Of a stretch of 64,000 bases of DNA, positions 10,126 through 19,747 are shown piece by piece. The DNA is from a bacterium. GTDB taxonomy: Bacteria > Zhuqueibacterota > Zhuqueibacteria > Residuimicrobiales > Krinioviventaceae. The notes beneath the pieces are model-generated. The model saw only the letters and a list, made by a program, of their open reading frames with translations. It did not search any database and had not been told where the DNA came from. Each line of letters begins with the position of its first letter. Position 1 is the first letter of the stretch. The stretch is from the NCBI GenBank assembly GCA_963674595.2, contig CAXXFV010000016.1, positions 352,001 through 416,000 on the forward strand. The letters run 5' to 3'. Position numbers and translations under genes: made by a program.

Positions 10126-10956
10126 TTGCATCCTGTTTTATTCAAACTCGGGGCTTTGGAAATCCGTTCTTATGGACTAGCCCTGGCTATTTCTTTTTTA
10201 CTTGGCATTATGCTGGCCGTAAAGCGGGCCAAGAAAAAAGATGTTGATCCCAATCAGATAACGGATTTATCGGTTATCCTGATACTCAGTGCAATTATCG
10301 GTTCAAGGCTATTATATGTTCTTTTTCATTTGGAGGAATTTAAAGGACATTGGTTGGATACTATAAATCCATTTCAGAGTAACGGTCAAATTGGTATTGC
10401 CGGGCTGACAATGCTCGGAGGAGTGATCCTTTGTTTTATCAGTTCTATTGTTTATTTAAAAGTTAAAAAATTGCCTTTTTTAAAAATTGCCGATATTGTT
10501 ATTCCCTCTGTTGCTTTGGGTATTTTTATTACCCGAATCGGTTGTTATTTAAACGGTTGCTGTTACGGTTTGCCGTGTCATGGACCTCTATGTGTGACAT
10601 TTCCTCTAGACAGTCCGGCCGGTTATATGTTTCCTGATCAAGCAATCATTCCTGCTCAGTTGTATTCCTCTTTGTATGGATTGATTATGCTTGGATTATT
10701 GTTATTCTTTGAAAGAAAACAAAAATATGACGGATTTTTAATGTACCTGTTTTTTATCTTTTATGGAATTTCAAGGTTCACCGTTGATTTGTTCCGCTAT
10801 TATGAATCGAGCATGGTTATCCTGACAATCGGAGGAAAAGGAATTAGTTTAAATCAGGGTATCAGTTTTTCGTTTATAATTTTGGGTCTTGTTTTAATAC
10901 TCTATTTTAATAATAAAACCAAAAAGAATGATGAAAAATTAATAACACCTGAGTGA
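10126..10956 (+). CDS. lgt: prolipoprotein diacylglyceryl transferase
   Basis: MHPVLF..G...IRSYG, RIGCYLNGCCYG, PAQLY, RFTVDLFR. Confidence 0.93.
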   Translation: MHPVLFKLGALEIRSYGLALAISFLLGIMLAVKRAKKKDVDPNQITDLSVILILSAIIGSRLLYVLFHLEEFKGHWLDTINPFQSNGQIGIAGLTMLGGVILCFISSIVYLKVKKLPFLKIADIVIPSVALGIFITRIGCYLNGCCYGLPCHGPLCVTFPLDSPAGYMFPDQAIIPAQLYSSLYGLIMLGLLLFFERKQKYDGFLMYLFFIFYGISRFTVDLFRYYESSMVILTIGGKGISLNQGISFSFIILGLVLILYFNNKTKKNDEKLITPE

Positions 10957-12200
10957 ATTTTAAAAAAAACTTGACTTTTTACAATAACTTAAATAACTTT
11001 AAGATAATGAAAACTCTAAAGGTTATGGTGAATATGAGAAAACCAAATTGTTTTAGAAATAGTTTGGCCATAGTCACGATATTTCTTACCTCCCTGTTTA
11101 TCGCATCTAACAGTTTTGGCTCCATTGAGAAGTTCGGGGTTGGCATAAAAGCTGGAATGTCAAGACTAGAAGGAGACTGGAAAGAACCAAAATTGGGCCT
11201 CGGAAGCTCAATTTACCTTTTTTACAAGCCGGTTCCCTATATATCGATAGGTGGTGAAGCTGGTTATGTTTCATTACAAACAAAGTCAGATGCAGATCGG
11301 ATCTCTTTAAAATATTCAAATTCTTTTGAATTATCGACTCTTGTTTACCCAATATCTTTAAACGCTCATTTTCAGGTCTTACAGTTAAACAAATTCAGGT
11401 TATATTCTTTACTTGGTTTTGGTGCTGTTTTCTGGAATACAAAATATGAAAATACTTCCATATTTCGAGACGGTAAAAAGAAAACGAATAAATATATACA
11501 GTTCGGTGGTTATACCGAGTTATCCCTGTCAAAGAGTATGGCTTTAACCGCTGGTGTTGATTTTTCATATACTACCAGTGACTGGTTGGATCAGATTAAC
11601 AGCGGCGATGAAAATGATGGAATAATATTCGCCTGGGCTGGATTTAAGTATTATCTGTTATCAAAACAAAAAAATGATCCGGACGATGATGGAATTTTAA
11701 CAAAATGTGATCTTGATCCTAGTTTTGCAGAAGATTTTAACGGATATTTAGATCATGATGGAAAACCGGAAGGCGGGCTTGAATCATCCGGAAAAAATAA
11801 AAAATTAACAGTGATTCATTTTCCTGTATTTAAAATGTATAAAGGAAAAGACCTGTTAATAAAGGCACAAATTAATACAAAAAATCCTTTAAGAACGGCT
11901 TCCGTATTATATCGTAAAGCCGGTACAAAAAGCTGGAACGTTAAAGAACTGGAAATCGACAAGGATTTTGTTTATAAAGCTGTTATAGATAAAGAATTTA
12001 TCTCCGGTGATGATCTTGAATATTGTGTTATTGCTGTTGATAAACAAGTTAAAAATATTGGCTATTCCGGATTACCTTCAAGACCGATTCATGTTAAAGT
12101 TGAAAAAAAACCTAAACTATGGTATACGGTGAATAGCGTTGTTACTGCTGTCAGTTGGGGGACTGTTGCGTATTTAATATTAAGGAAACAAAATAATTAG
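10953..12200 (+). CDS. outer-membrane beta-barrel protein with TSP3-like Ca-binding linker and extra C-terminal domain (true start probably ~11033)
   Basis: signal peptide, amphipathic strands ending WAGFKYYL, then DPDDDG...EDFNGYLDHDGKPE. Confidence 0.65.
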   Translation: MNFKKNLTFYNNLNNFKIMKTLKVMVNMRKPNCFRNSLAIVTIFLTSLFIASNSFGSIEKFGVGIKAGMSRLEGDWKEPKLGLGSSIYLFYKPVPYISIGGEAGYVSLQTKSDADRISLKYSNSFELSTLVYPISLNAHFQVLQLNKFRLYSLLGFGAVFWNTKYENTSIFRDGKKKTNKYIQFGGYTELSLSKSMALTAGVDFSYTTSDWLDQINSGDENDGIIFAWAGFKYYLLSKQKNDPDDDGILTKCDLDPSFAEDFNGYLDHDGKPEGGLESSGKNKKLTVIHFPVFKMYKGKDLLIKAQINTKNPLRTASVLYRKAGTKSWNVKELEIDKDFVYKAVIDKEFISGDDLEYCVIAVDKQVKNIGYSGLPSRPIHVKVEKKPKLWYTVNSVVTAVSWGTVAYLILRKQNN

Positions 12201-12210
12201 GAGCTCAAAA

Positions 12211-13029
12211 ATGAAGACAACAAAGATTTTGGGATGGCTGTTGATGTTGGTTGGGATGACTGCTTTGGTCTTTTTGAACTCGTGTGCAGGTTCGCGAGAT
12301 GATTCTGAAATGATTGGAGATGAAGCATTTGCTAATCAAGCAGAAGCCGGAGAGAGTACTCAAGAATCAACAAACACTTCTGCAGAAGAAGAAGAGGTTT
12401 TAAAATTATTAGGTATAACCAAAGATAACGAACAGAGTCAATCCGCAACAGAATTTGCTGAGAGTGGTGGAGCTTCACTTACAGCAGAAGACCTTGAGCG
12501 TAAAATTGATTATCTTGAAAATGAAGCTAAAAGTAAAAGTGTTGAACTGGCTAACCTGAAAGCTGAGCTGGCAGAACGTGACCAACGTTTGCAATCTTTA
12601 CAATCAGAGGCAAAAAGAACAAAATCTTATTCCGGTTCTGTTGCTACTTCAGGCGCATCTGGAAGCTTTAAACAGCAATATCAAAGTGCATTAACGTTAT
12701 ACAATAATCGTGAATATAAAGAAGGTATTAAACAGTTTGATTACCTGCTGGGATTAAATGAAAGTAATTCGCTTGTTGATAATTGCCAATATTGGAAAGG
12801 CGAATGTTACTATGCTCTGGGTGATTATAACCAGGCCCTCATGGAATTTCAAAAAGTATTTACATTCAGTAACTCCAACAAGTTTGATGATTCTCAGTTA
12901 AAGCTTGGATTATGTTATATGCGCCTTGGAAATAATCAGAGTGCTCGTATGGAATTTGAAAAGTTGCTTTCTGATTACCCGGATAGTGAATATGTTTCCA
13001 GAGCACAATCCTATTTATCTGGCTTATAA
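12211..13029 (+). CDS. TPR lipoprotein, CpoB/YbgF-like
   Basis: lipobox FLNSC, coiled coil, QYWKGECYY...LKLGLCY...YPDSEY. Confidence 0.8.
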   Translation: MKTTKILGWLLMLVGMTALVFLNSCAGSRDDSEMIGDEAFANQAEAGESTQESTNTSAEEEEVLKLLGITKDNEQSQSATEFAESGGASLTAEDLERKIDYLENEAKSKSVELANLKAELAERDQRLQSLQSEAKRTKSYSGSVATSGASGSFKQQYQSALTLYNNREYKEGIKQFDYLLGLNESNSLVDNCQYWKGECYYALGDYNQALMEFQKVFTFSNSNKFDDSQLKLGLCYMRLGNNQSARMEFEKLLSDYPDSEYVSRAQSYLSGL

Positions 13030-13051
13030 AAGCTTATAATTATTTGAGTTT

Positions 13052-13080
13052 AAAGGGTAACAATCGTTACCCTTTTTTTT
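13052..13080 (+). terminator. intrinsic terminator
   Basis: AAAGGGTAAC-AATC-GTTACCCTTT + T-run. Confidence 0.9.
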
Positions 13081-13184
13081 ATTGCATTTCTCTCGAATTC
13101 TTTTAAATTTATATATATTATAGTGATACAAAAAATATCCTTCGAACTTGTTATCAATCAAAACGTGTATTTAAAGGCGAGTGT

Positions 13185-14672
13185 ATGAAAAACAAACTCC
13201 GCATTTTGTTTCTATCTTCAGAAGTTAGTCCGTTTGCTAAAACAGGTGGGCTTGCCGATGTATCAGGAGCATTGCCAAAAACTTTATTAGAAATGGGGCA
13301 CGATGTACGTGTCATCATGCCCAAGTATGGAATGATCAGTGAACGAAAGTTTGTGTTACGAGAGGTTATACGTTTAAAACAAATTCCTGTACAACTCGGC
13401 TCTGAAGTGCATGTTACATGTGCAAAGTCAGCTTTTATACCGGATTCAAAAGTACAAATTTATTTTTTAGACTATAAACCCTTTTTCGGCAGAAAAGATT
13501 TGTACGTTGATTCTAAAAACGGTAAAGATTTCCCTGACAATCCGGAAAGATTTGCCCTGTTTAATCGAGCAGTCATTGAAACGATCAAGTTGTTACATTG
13601 GCAGCCGCAGGTAATCCACTGTAATGATTGGCCCACGGCGTTGATACCATGGTATTTAAAAAATGAATACAAGGATGATGAATTTTTTAAAAAGACCTTT
13701 ACGCTATTATCAGTTCATAATTTAGCTTATCAGGGTGTGTTTGATGTAAAAAAAGCCAAAGACATAGGAATAGCAGACGAATTTGTTCAACCAGGTTCTG
13801 ATTTTGAATTTTATGGAAAAATGAACTTTTTAAAGGCTGGTTTGTTAAATGCTGATAAAATTCATACCGTCAGCCCAACTTATGCTAAAGAGATTCAAAC
13901 GGATTCCGAGATAAGTGCCGGTCTGCAAGAAGTATTGGAAAAACGTAAAGATGACATCGTTGGTATTTTAAACGGTGTAGATGAATCAGAATGGGACCCT
14001 GAAACCGACAATGTTATATCGAGTAACTATTCAGCGGTTGATCTTGAGCCAAAAGTTGAAAATAAAAAAGCACTGCTTGAAAAATGTGGTTTAACATTTA
14101 ATAATGATGTTCCGGTTATTGGAATTATTTCCAGGCTCGCTGACCAAAAAGGTTGGGATATAATTTCAGATGCATTAAAAGATATATTAAAATTAAAAGT
14201 TCAGCTCGTTGTGCTTGGAACCGGTGATCCAAAATATCATAAACTGTTGGAATCATGGAAAGAAAAATACCCTGATCAATTAGCAGTTTTTATAAAATTT
14301 GATAATGAACTTGCTCATCTTATTGAAGCGGGTAGTGATATATTTTTAATGCCTTCCAAATATGAGCCCTGTGGATTGAATCAAATGTATAGTTTGTTGT
14401 ATGGGACTGTACCTGTTGTCAGAAAAACAGGTGGACTAGCTGATACGGTTAAAGACTATACGCAAGACCCGGATAAAGGGCTTGGTTTTGTTTTTGAAGA
14501 CTATACAGGTCAGGCGCTTTTAAAAGCTGTGGAAAATGCTGTAACACTTTATAAAGACAAGGCCGCCTGGCTAAAGCTCATGAAACGTGGAATGAAAAGT
14601 AACTTTTCATGGCAAAATGTTGCCGGGCAATATGTAGAGCTTTATAGTAAGGTTGACAGCAGTCGCAAATAA
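13185..14672 (+). CDS. glgA: glycogen synthase (GT5)
   Basis: SEVSPFAKTGGLADV, HCNDW, HNLAYQG, SRLADQKG, PSKYEPCGLNQ. Confidence 0.95.
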   Translation: MKNKLRILFLSSEVSPFAKTGGLADVSGALPKTLLEMGHDVRVIMPKYGMISERKFVLREVIRLKQIPVQLGSEVHVTCAKSAFIPDSKVQIYFLDYKPFFGRKDLYVDSKNGKDFPDNPERFALFNRAVIETIKLLHWQPQVIHCNDWPTALIPWYLKNEYKDDEFFKKTFTLLSVHNLAYQGVFDVKKAKDIGIADEFVQPGSDFEFYGKMNFLKAGLLNADKIHTVSPTYAKEIQTDSEISAGLQEVLEKRKDDIVGILNGVDESEWDPETDNVISSNYSAVDLEPKVENKKALLEKCGLTFNNDVPVIGIISRLADQKGWDIISDALKDILKLKVQLVVLGTGDPKYHKLLESWKEKYPDQLAVFIKFDNELAHLIEAGSDIFLMPSKYEPCGLNQMYSLLYGTVPVVRKTGGLADTVKDYTQDPDKGLGFVFEDYTGQALLKAVENAVTLYKDKAAWLKLMKRGMKSNFSWQNVAGQYVELYSKVDSSRK

Positions 14673-14924
14673 ATTTTAAAATTCATCGCCGTTCTGAACA
14701 GGTGTTTCACACCATACCATAAAAATGTTTTATTTTGGTACATTTTTATGGATAAAAATGGTTTCATCAAATGAACGGCATTTTTTTGCTCTAGTGATAA
14801 TAATGTTTCTTAGTATCAAAGAAACTGATAGTTATAAAACAATACGATAGGTTCCTTTTTTAGATAGATTTAAATGATTTTTCGGTAAAAGATAAGCCGA
14901 TATAATCACCCCTGATTATGCATG

Positions 14925-14940
14925 TGGCATTAACTTTGCT
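14925..14940 (+). promoter_or_regulatory. sigma-54 -24/-12 promoter of EPS operon 1
   Basis: TGGCAT-TAACT-TTGCT, 68 nt before the ATG. Confidence 0.8.
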
Positions 14941-15008
14941 TAAATTTTTCCTCAAGACATGTTTTATAAAGTCTTTCCGGTAAAATAAAACGAGGGCTTA
15001 TCTATCAT

Positions 15009-15719
15009 ATGGAAGGAATTGATATTAAAATTTATAATGTTGGCAGCTTGAAAGATGTTGCACTGATAAAAATTTCCGGATTTGTTGATACAGCAACATC
15101 TCCTGAATTGCAAAAGGTGCTTACTCAAACAATGGAAAAAGGCTTTTGTCAGTTTGTTATCGATATGGCCGACGTCCAATATGTAAGCAGTGCCGGTTGG
15201 GGGGTTTTCGTTGGGGAAATAAGGGGTCTGCGTGAAAAATCCGGAGATTTAAAAATTACACAAATGATACCGGAAGTATACGAAGTGTTTGAAATGTTAG
15301 AGTTTGACCGCATATTAATGAATTATGATTCAAACGAAGAAGCTATCGATGATTTTGATTTTGAAAGAGCAATAGATTATAAAGTAATACCTGAAGGGCA
15401 ACAAGTATATAAACCTGAAAGTGCTGAATTACCTAAAGAACAGAAAAAAGTTAAAGATTTTTCTGAAAATTTGGATTTTTCTTTAAAGCCATCTTCAGGG
15501 AAAAGCAGGAATGTAAATGAAGTAGAGTTGCCTTTACCGGAAAAAGTTAAAAAATTGGTAGTTGAAAACCCAAGGTCAGGTGCCTTTGCGCTAAAACGTC
15601 AATTATATTCACCCCGTTTTGGATATACCAAAATTGGAATATTTAAAATCAGAGCGTTATTGAAAAAACTAGGTTTGGAAACAAAAGCAAAAAGATTTCG
15701 TTATTTTCGTTCCCGTTAA
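15009..15719 (+). CDS. STAS-domain anti-sigma-factor antagonist with basic C-terminal extension
   Basis: ISGFVDTATS, DMADVQYVSSAGWGVF, VYEVFEMLEF. Confidence 0.85.
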   Translation: MEGIDIKIYNVGSLKDVALIKISGFVDTATSPELQKVLTQTMEKGFCQFVIDMADVQYVSSAGWGVFVGEIRGLREKSGDLKITQMIPEVYEVFEMLEFDRILMNYDSNEEAIDDFDFERAIDYKVIPEGQQVYKPESAELPKEQKKVKDFSENLDFSLKPSSGKSRNVNEVELPLPEKVKKLVVENPRSGAFALKRQLYSPRFGYTKIGIFKIRALLKKLGLETKAKRFRYFRSR

Positions 15720-15766
15720 GATAATGGTCAAGCTGCTCGGGTTTAATAATTAAGGAATGATAACAA

Positions 15767-16441
15767 ATGAGTAAACCCTTATATAATGTTTTTTGTTTTT
15801 TATTATTGGGCTTTGTACTATTTAATATAAAACTTGGATATTGCCAAAATAATTCAGAAGTCCGGGTTAAGCCGGGCGATGCAATACATATCATGATTTA
15901 TGAAGGTGGATTTATGACGCAGGGAAATCGTTTCGCCTCCAATTTTCATGATACGGATTTGATTATTGACGGATACGGTTATATTGATATCCCGCCTTTG
16001 GAAAAAGCTTATATTGCCGGTAAAAACAGTACGGAAATTAGCCGCATAATTACCGATAAATTTAAACCTTATGCCAAAGACCCTATGGTTATTGTGACAC
16101 CGCTTATTAGAATAACCCTGAGTGGTGAGTTTAACAAACAAGGACTTTATCGATTTGATCCCAATATATCATTTTGGGATATGATAGAACAGGCCGGAGG
16201 ATTAAGAGGGCTTGGAACTGCTGAAGATATATTTCTTATTCGAAATGATGAGATTGTTTATAAAAATTTTAATGATGCCTTGTATAATGGAACTTCACTT
16301 CATGAATTAGGCATACAATCCGGAGATATTTTAGTAGCGCCGCGTATTAATCGGTTGACTTTTTCCAGTATTATTCGATATTTTAATTTTGGTATTTCGG
16401 TTGTCATGCTATACTTAACAATACTTAATCGTAATGATTGA
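15767..16441 (+). CDS. wza: polysaccharide export protein (Poly_export/SLBB, Wza-like)
   Basis: VKPGDAI.I, IDGYGYIDIP, GEFNKQGLY, IEQAGG, IQSGDILVAP. Confidence 0.8.
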   Translation: MSKPLYNVFCFLLLGFVLFNIKLGYCQNNSEVRVKPGDAIHIMIYEGGFMTQGNRFASNFHDTDLIIDGYGYIDIPPLEKAYIAGKNSTEISRIITDKFKPYAKDPMVIVTPLIRITLSGEFNKQGLYRFDPNISFWDMIEQAGGLRGLGTAEDIFLIRNDEIVYKNFNDALYNGTSLHELGIQSGDILVAPRINRLTFSSIIRYFNFGISVVMLYLTILNRND

Positions 16442-16450
16442 TGTTTTTTT

Positions 16451-18760
16451 ATGGAAGAATTTGAAACAAATCAGCATACAGAAGAAAATATAGGGGTTGT
16501 TGGTTTTGATTTCGCCAAATATCTACGTGGGCTATGGAAACGAAAATGGTTAATTCTCGCTTTAATTATTATCTTTGCTATTCCGTTTTATCAAAAAGCA
16601 AAAAATGAAGTTCCGATCTTTGAAGCACGGGTTATCCTGGCTACCAAAGAATTAAAAGATCAGGAGCAGCTTTTAAATGAAAGTCGCCGTGTTGAAATGC
16701 GAAGCCGGACTTTTGCAAGTCGCGTAGCCGCTCAAATGGGATTGGCTGTTGTTTCCGGTGATTCTATATTTACACGATGGGACCAGATTTTTTCAGAAAG
16801 ACATACCAGCGAAGAGCCTGTTCCGGGAGCATATAAAATTGTTATTAATCCCTCGGGAAATTACTATTTATACTATAAAGATGGATTGACCAATTCTTTG
16901 ATCGACAGTGCACTGGTGTGGGACGCCGTTGAATCTCTGCGTTCTGTTAATGGTTTTTCCTTCCGCTTAAACCCTGAATTGGTGCAAAAAGCACAAACAA
17001 TCAATTTTAAAGTTGTAAATTTTTTAAAAGCTGTTAATGAAATAAAAAACGGGTTAACGGCACGCCCTGGCGGGTCCTGGATTGTTTTGTCCATGCAGGG
17101 TACGGACCCGGATATGTTATATAAAAACCTCAATCAAATCGCTGAAATTTATATACAGGAAACACTGAAATTAAAATTCAGAGATTCGAATAATTATCGT
17201 GATATGTTACAAAAGCAGCTAGATGCGGCAGAAAATCGATTAAACAGTCATGAAAAGGAATTGCGGGCGTTTAATGCCAAATACCCGACTTCTCTTGAGG
17301 TTGAAAAACTGGGACTTGTTGATAAGCTAAAAGATTTGGATGCAGCGCTGGAACGCCTGCCACGGGAAAGAAATCAACTCAGCGATTTGCTGGACCAGCT
17401 TGACAAAGACCAAAACATGGTTGAACCAAAACAATATCGCAGCATTATTGTAAAGGAACTTGCAAACCTTCCGGTTTTTGCCAATGAGCCGACTCTTAAA
17501 ATGCTTAAGGAAACCTTGACCTTTCAGGAAAAAAAATATCTTAATCTTTTGCAAACCTATTCTGAAGAATATCCTGCGTTAAAAGATTTGGACAGCCAGA
17601 TAAACGATACACAGGAAAAAATTATTTCTTTTGCATCGAAATATAGAAATACACTTGTGGAAAGAGAGACAGAGTATCGTAGGCAATTGGACGAAACGGA
17701 AACCCAGTTGAAAACATTTCCTGAAGAAGATTTTAAATATGCAGAGCTTATGAGAAATAAAGAGATAAGTGAAAAGTTATATACTTATCTATATACAGAG
17801 TTACAAAAATCTGAACTGTCTGATGCCGCCCAATCAGATGGAATTCGAATACTTGATCCGGCAATTAGGCCAAACAGCCCGATTAATTCAAGTCCCAAAA
17901 TTAAAGTTTTTTTAGGTGTACTTTTAGGGTTATTGTGTGGAATTTTTATATCCATTGTTATTGATTTATTTGATAAAAAAATTCGAATTCCGGAAGATAT
18001 TGAAAGGCATTTAAAACTTCCTGTTTTAGGAGCCATACCAATTATTGATTTTAAAAACATTCCTGAATTTCATGATTTTGAAAAAGTAAAACAAATAGAC
18101 CGTCAGCTTGTTACACACGATTATTCACCAACCCAGATTGGTGAAGCCTATAGAGCTTTAAGAACACATTTAATGTTTTCAAAAAAAACAGGCAGAATAC
18201 ACACCCTTTTACTGACAAGCATTTCACCGGAAGAGGGAAAATCGTTTACCGCCAGTAATCTGGCAATTATTCTCGCTCAACAAAAAACTAATACACTTTT
18301 AGTCGATGCAGATTTACGCAGGGGTGTTTTACATAACACTTTTAGTATGAGCAAGGATCCGGGAATTACAAACTATCTGGTAAACAAATCGACACTTGCA
18401 GATGTTGTACAACCAACACATATTCCCAATTTATCAATAATTAGTTGCGGGTCCATGATTCCGAATCCGTCAGAATTATTGGGATCGCTACAAATGCGGC
18501 GGTTTTTAGAAGAAACCCGTCGCAAGTTTGATGTGATTGTTTTTGATGCACCGCCTCTGGAGGCGGCAACAGACTCTGTTGTTTTGGGAACCCAGATGGA
18601 TGCTGTTGCTATTGTTGCCAGGGCCGGAAAGACAAACTATAAAGTTGTTAAGGAAAAGCTTGAAATTTTTGATACTGTTCCGGTAAATTTAATTGGAATG
18701 ATATTGAACGGTTCAAAAACAACAATGCTTAAAAACAGCTACAGTTATTATCATTACTAG
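16451..18760 (+). CDS. wzc: polysaccharide copolymerase/tyrosine autokinase (Wzc)
   Basis: 2 TMs, coiled coil, EAYRALRT, Walker A EEGKS, DADLRR, VFDAPP, tail SYSYYHY. Confidence 0.93.
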   Translation: MEEFETNQHTEENIGVVGFDFAKYLRGLWKRKWLILALIIIFAIPFYQKAKNEVPIFEARVILATKELKDQEQLLNESRRVEMRSRTFASRVAAQMGLAVVSGDSIFTRWDQIFSERHTSEEPVPGAYKIVINPSGNYYLYYKDGLTNSLIDSALVWDAVESLRSVNGFSFRLNPELVQKAQTINFKVVNFLKAVNEIKNGLTARPGGSWIVLSMQGTDPDMLYKNLNQIAEIYIQETLKLKFRDSNNYRDMLQKQLDAAENRLNSHEKELRAFNAKYPTSLEVEKLGLVDKLKDLDAALERLPRERNQLSDLLDQLDKDQNMVEPKQYRSIIVKELANLPVFANEPTLKMLKETLTFQEKKYLNLLQTYSEEYPALKDLDSQINDTQEKIISFASKYRNTLVERETEYRRQLDETETQLKTFPEEDFKYAELMRNKEISEKLYTYLYTELQKSELSDAAQSDGIRILDPAIRPNSPINSSPKIKVFLGVLLGLLCGIFISIVIDLFDKKIRIPEDIERHLKLPVLGAIPIIDFKNIPEFHDFEKVKQIDRQLVTHDYSPTQIGEAYRALRTHLMFSKKTGRIHTLLLTSISPEEGKSFTASNLAIILAQQKTNTLLVDADLRRGVLHNTFSMSKDPGITNYLVNKSTLADVVQPTHIPNLSIISCGSMIPNPSELLGSLQMRRFLEETRRKFDVIVFDAPPLEAATDSVVLGTQMDAVAIVARAGKTNYKVVKEKLEIFDTVPVNLIGMILNGSKTTMLKNSYSYYHY

Positions 18761-18765
18761 ACTCT

Positions 18766-19725
18766 ATGGAGAGTTTTATGAACGTATTACTTACAGGTGG
18801 TGCCGGTTTTATTGGCTCACACCTATCTGAATATTTACTTGGAAATAACTGCAACGTGGACGTTGTAGACAATTTTAACGATTATTATGATCCGAATATT
18901 AAGAGAAACAATGTTAAAAGCGTACTCGGAAATTCTGCATATAATTTATATGAAGGTGATATTCTTGATTATGATTTTTTGGAAAATATAATAAAGAACA
19001 GAAATTATGATATCATAGTTCACCTGGCGGCGAGGGCCGGCGTCCGGCCTTCTATTCAGCAGCCGCTTTTATATGAACAGGTTAATGTACAGGGTACAAT
19101 CCATTTACTGGAGTTAATTAAAAAATACGGAATTAAAAAATTTGTTTTCGCTTCTTCATCATCGGTTTATGGGGCAAATAAAAAAGTGCCCTTTAGTGAA
19201 TCTGATTCTGTGGACAATCCTATTTCTCCCTATGCGGCAACGAAAAAGTCCGGTGAGTTGATATGCCACACCTACCATAAATTGTATGGCATTTCCATAA
19301 ACTGTCTACGGTTTTTTACGGTTTATGGGCCCCGTCAAAGACCGGATATGGCCATACATAAATTTGCCAAACTGATTGATGCCAATAAACCCATTCCTGT
19401 ATTTGGCGATGGAAAAAGCCGCCGCGATTTCACCTATATAGACGACATCATACAGGGTATAGCCGGTTCTATGGAAAATTGTAATGGTTATGAAATTTAT
19501 AATTTGGGAGAATCGGCCACCATCGAGTTGATTCAACTCATTCATCTTATAGAAGACAGTTTAGGCAAAAAAGCGATTTTTGATTATCAGCCGGACCAAC
19601 CAGGCGATGTTCCCATTACTTTTGCCGATATTACCAAAGCAAAGGCAGAATTAAATTATTGCCCGCAAACACCTGTTAAAGACGGTATTAAAAGATTTGT
19701 AGAATGGTTTAAATCACAATCATAA
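18766..19725 (+). CDS. NAD-dependent nucleotide-sugar epimerase (UDP-glucuronate 4-epimerase-like)
   Basis: GGAGFIG, HLAARAGVRPS, YAATK, RFFTVYGPRQRPDMA. Confidence 0.9.
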   Translation: MESFMNVLLTGGAGFIGSHLSEYLLGNNCNVDVVDNFNDYYDPNIKRNNVKSVLGNSAYNLYEGDILDYDFLENIIKNRNYDIIVHLAARAGVRPSIQQPLLYEQVNVQGTIHLLELIKKYGIKKFVFASSSSVYGANKKVPFSESDSVDNPISPYAATKKSGELICHTYHKLYGISINCLRFFTVYGPRQRPDMAIHKFAKLIDANKPIPVFGDGKSRRDFTYIDDIIQGIAGSMENCNGYEIYNLGESATIELIQLIHLIEDSLGKKAIFDYQPDQPGDVPITFADITKAKAELNYCPQTPVKDGIKRFVEWFKSQS

Positions 19726-19747
19726 TCCTAAAATTTGGTTTTTTAAA

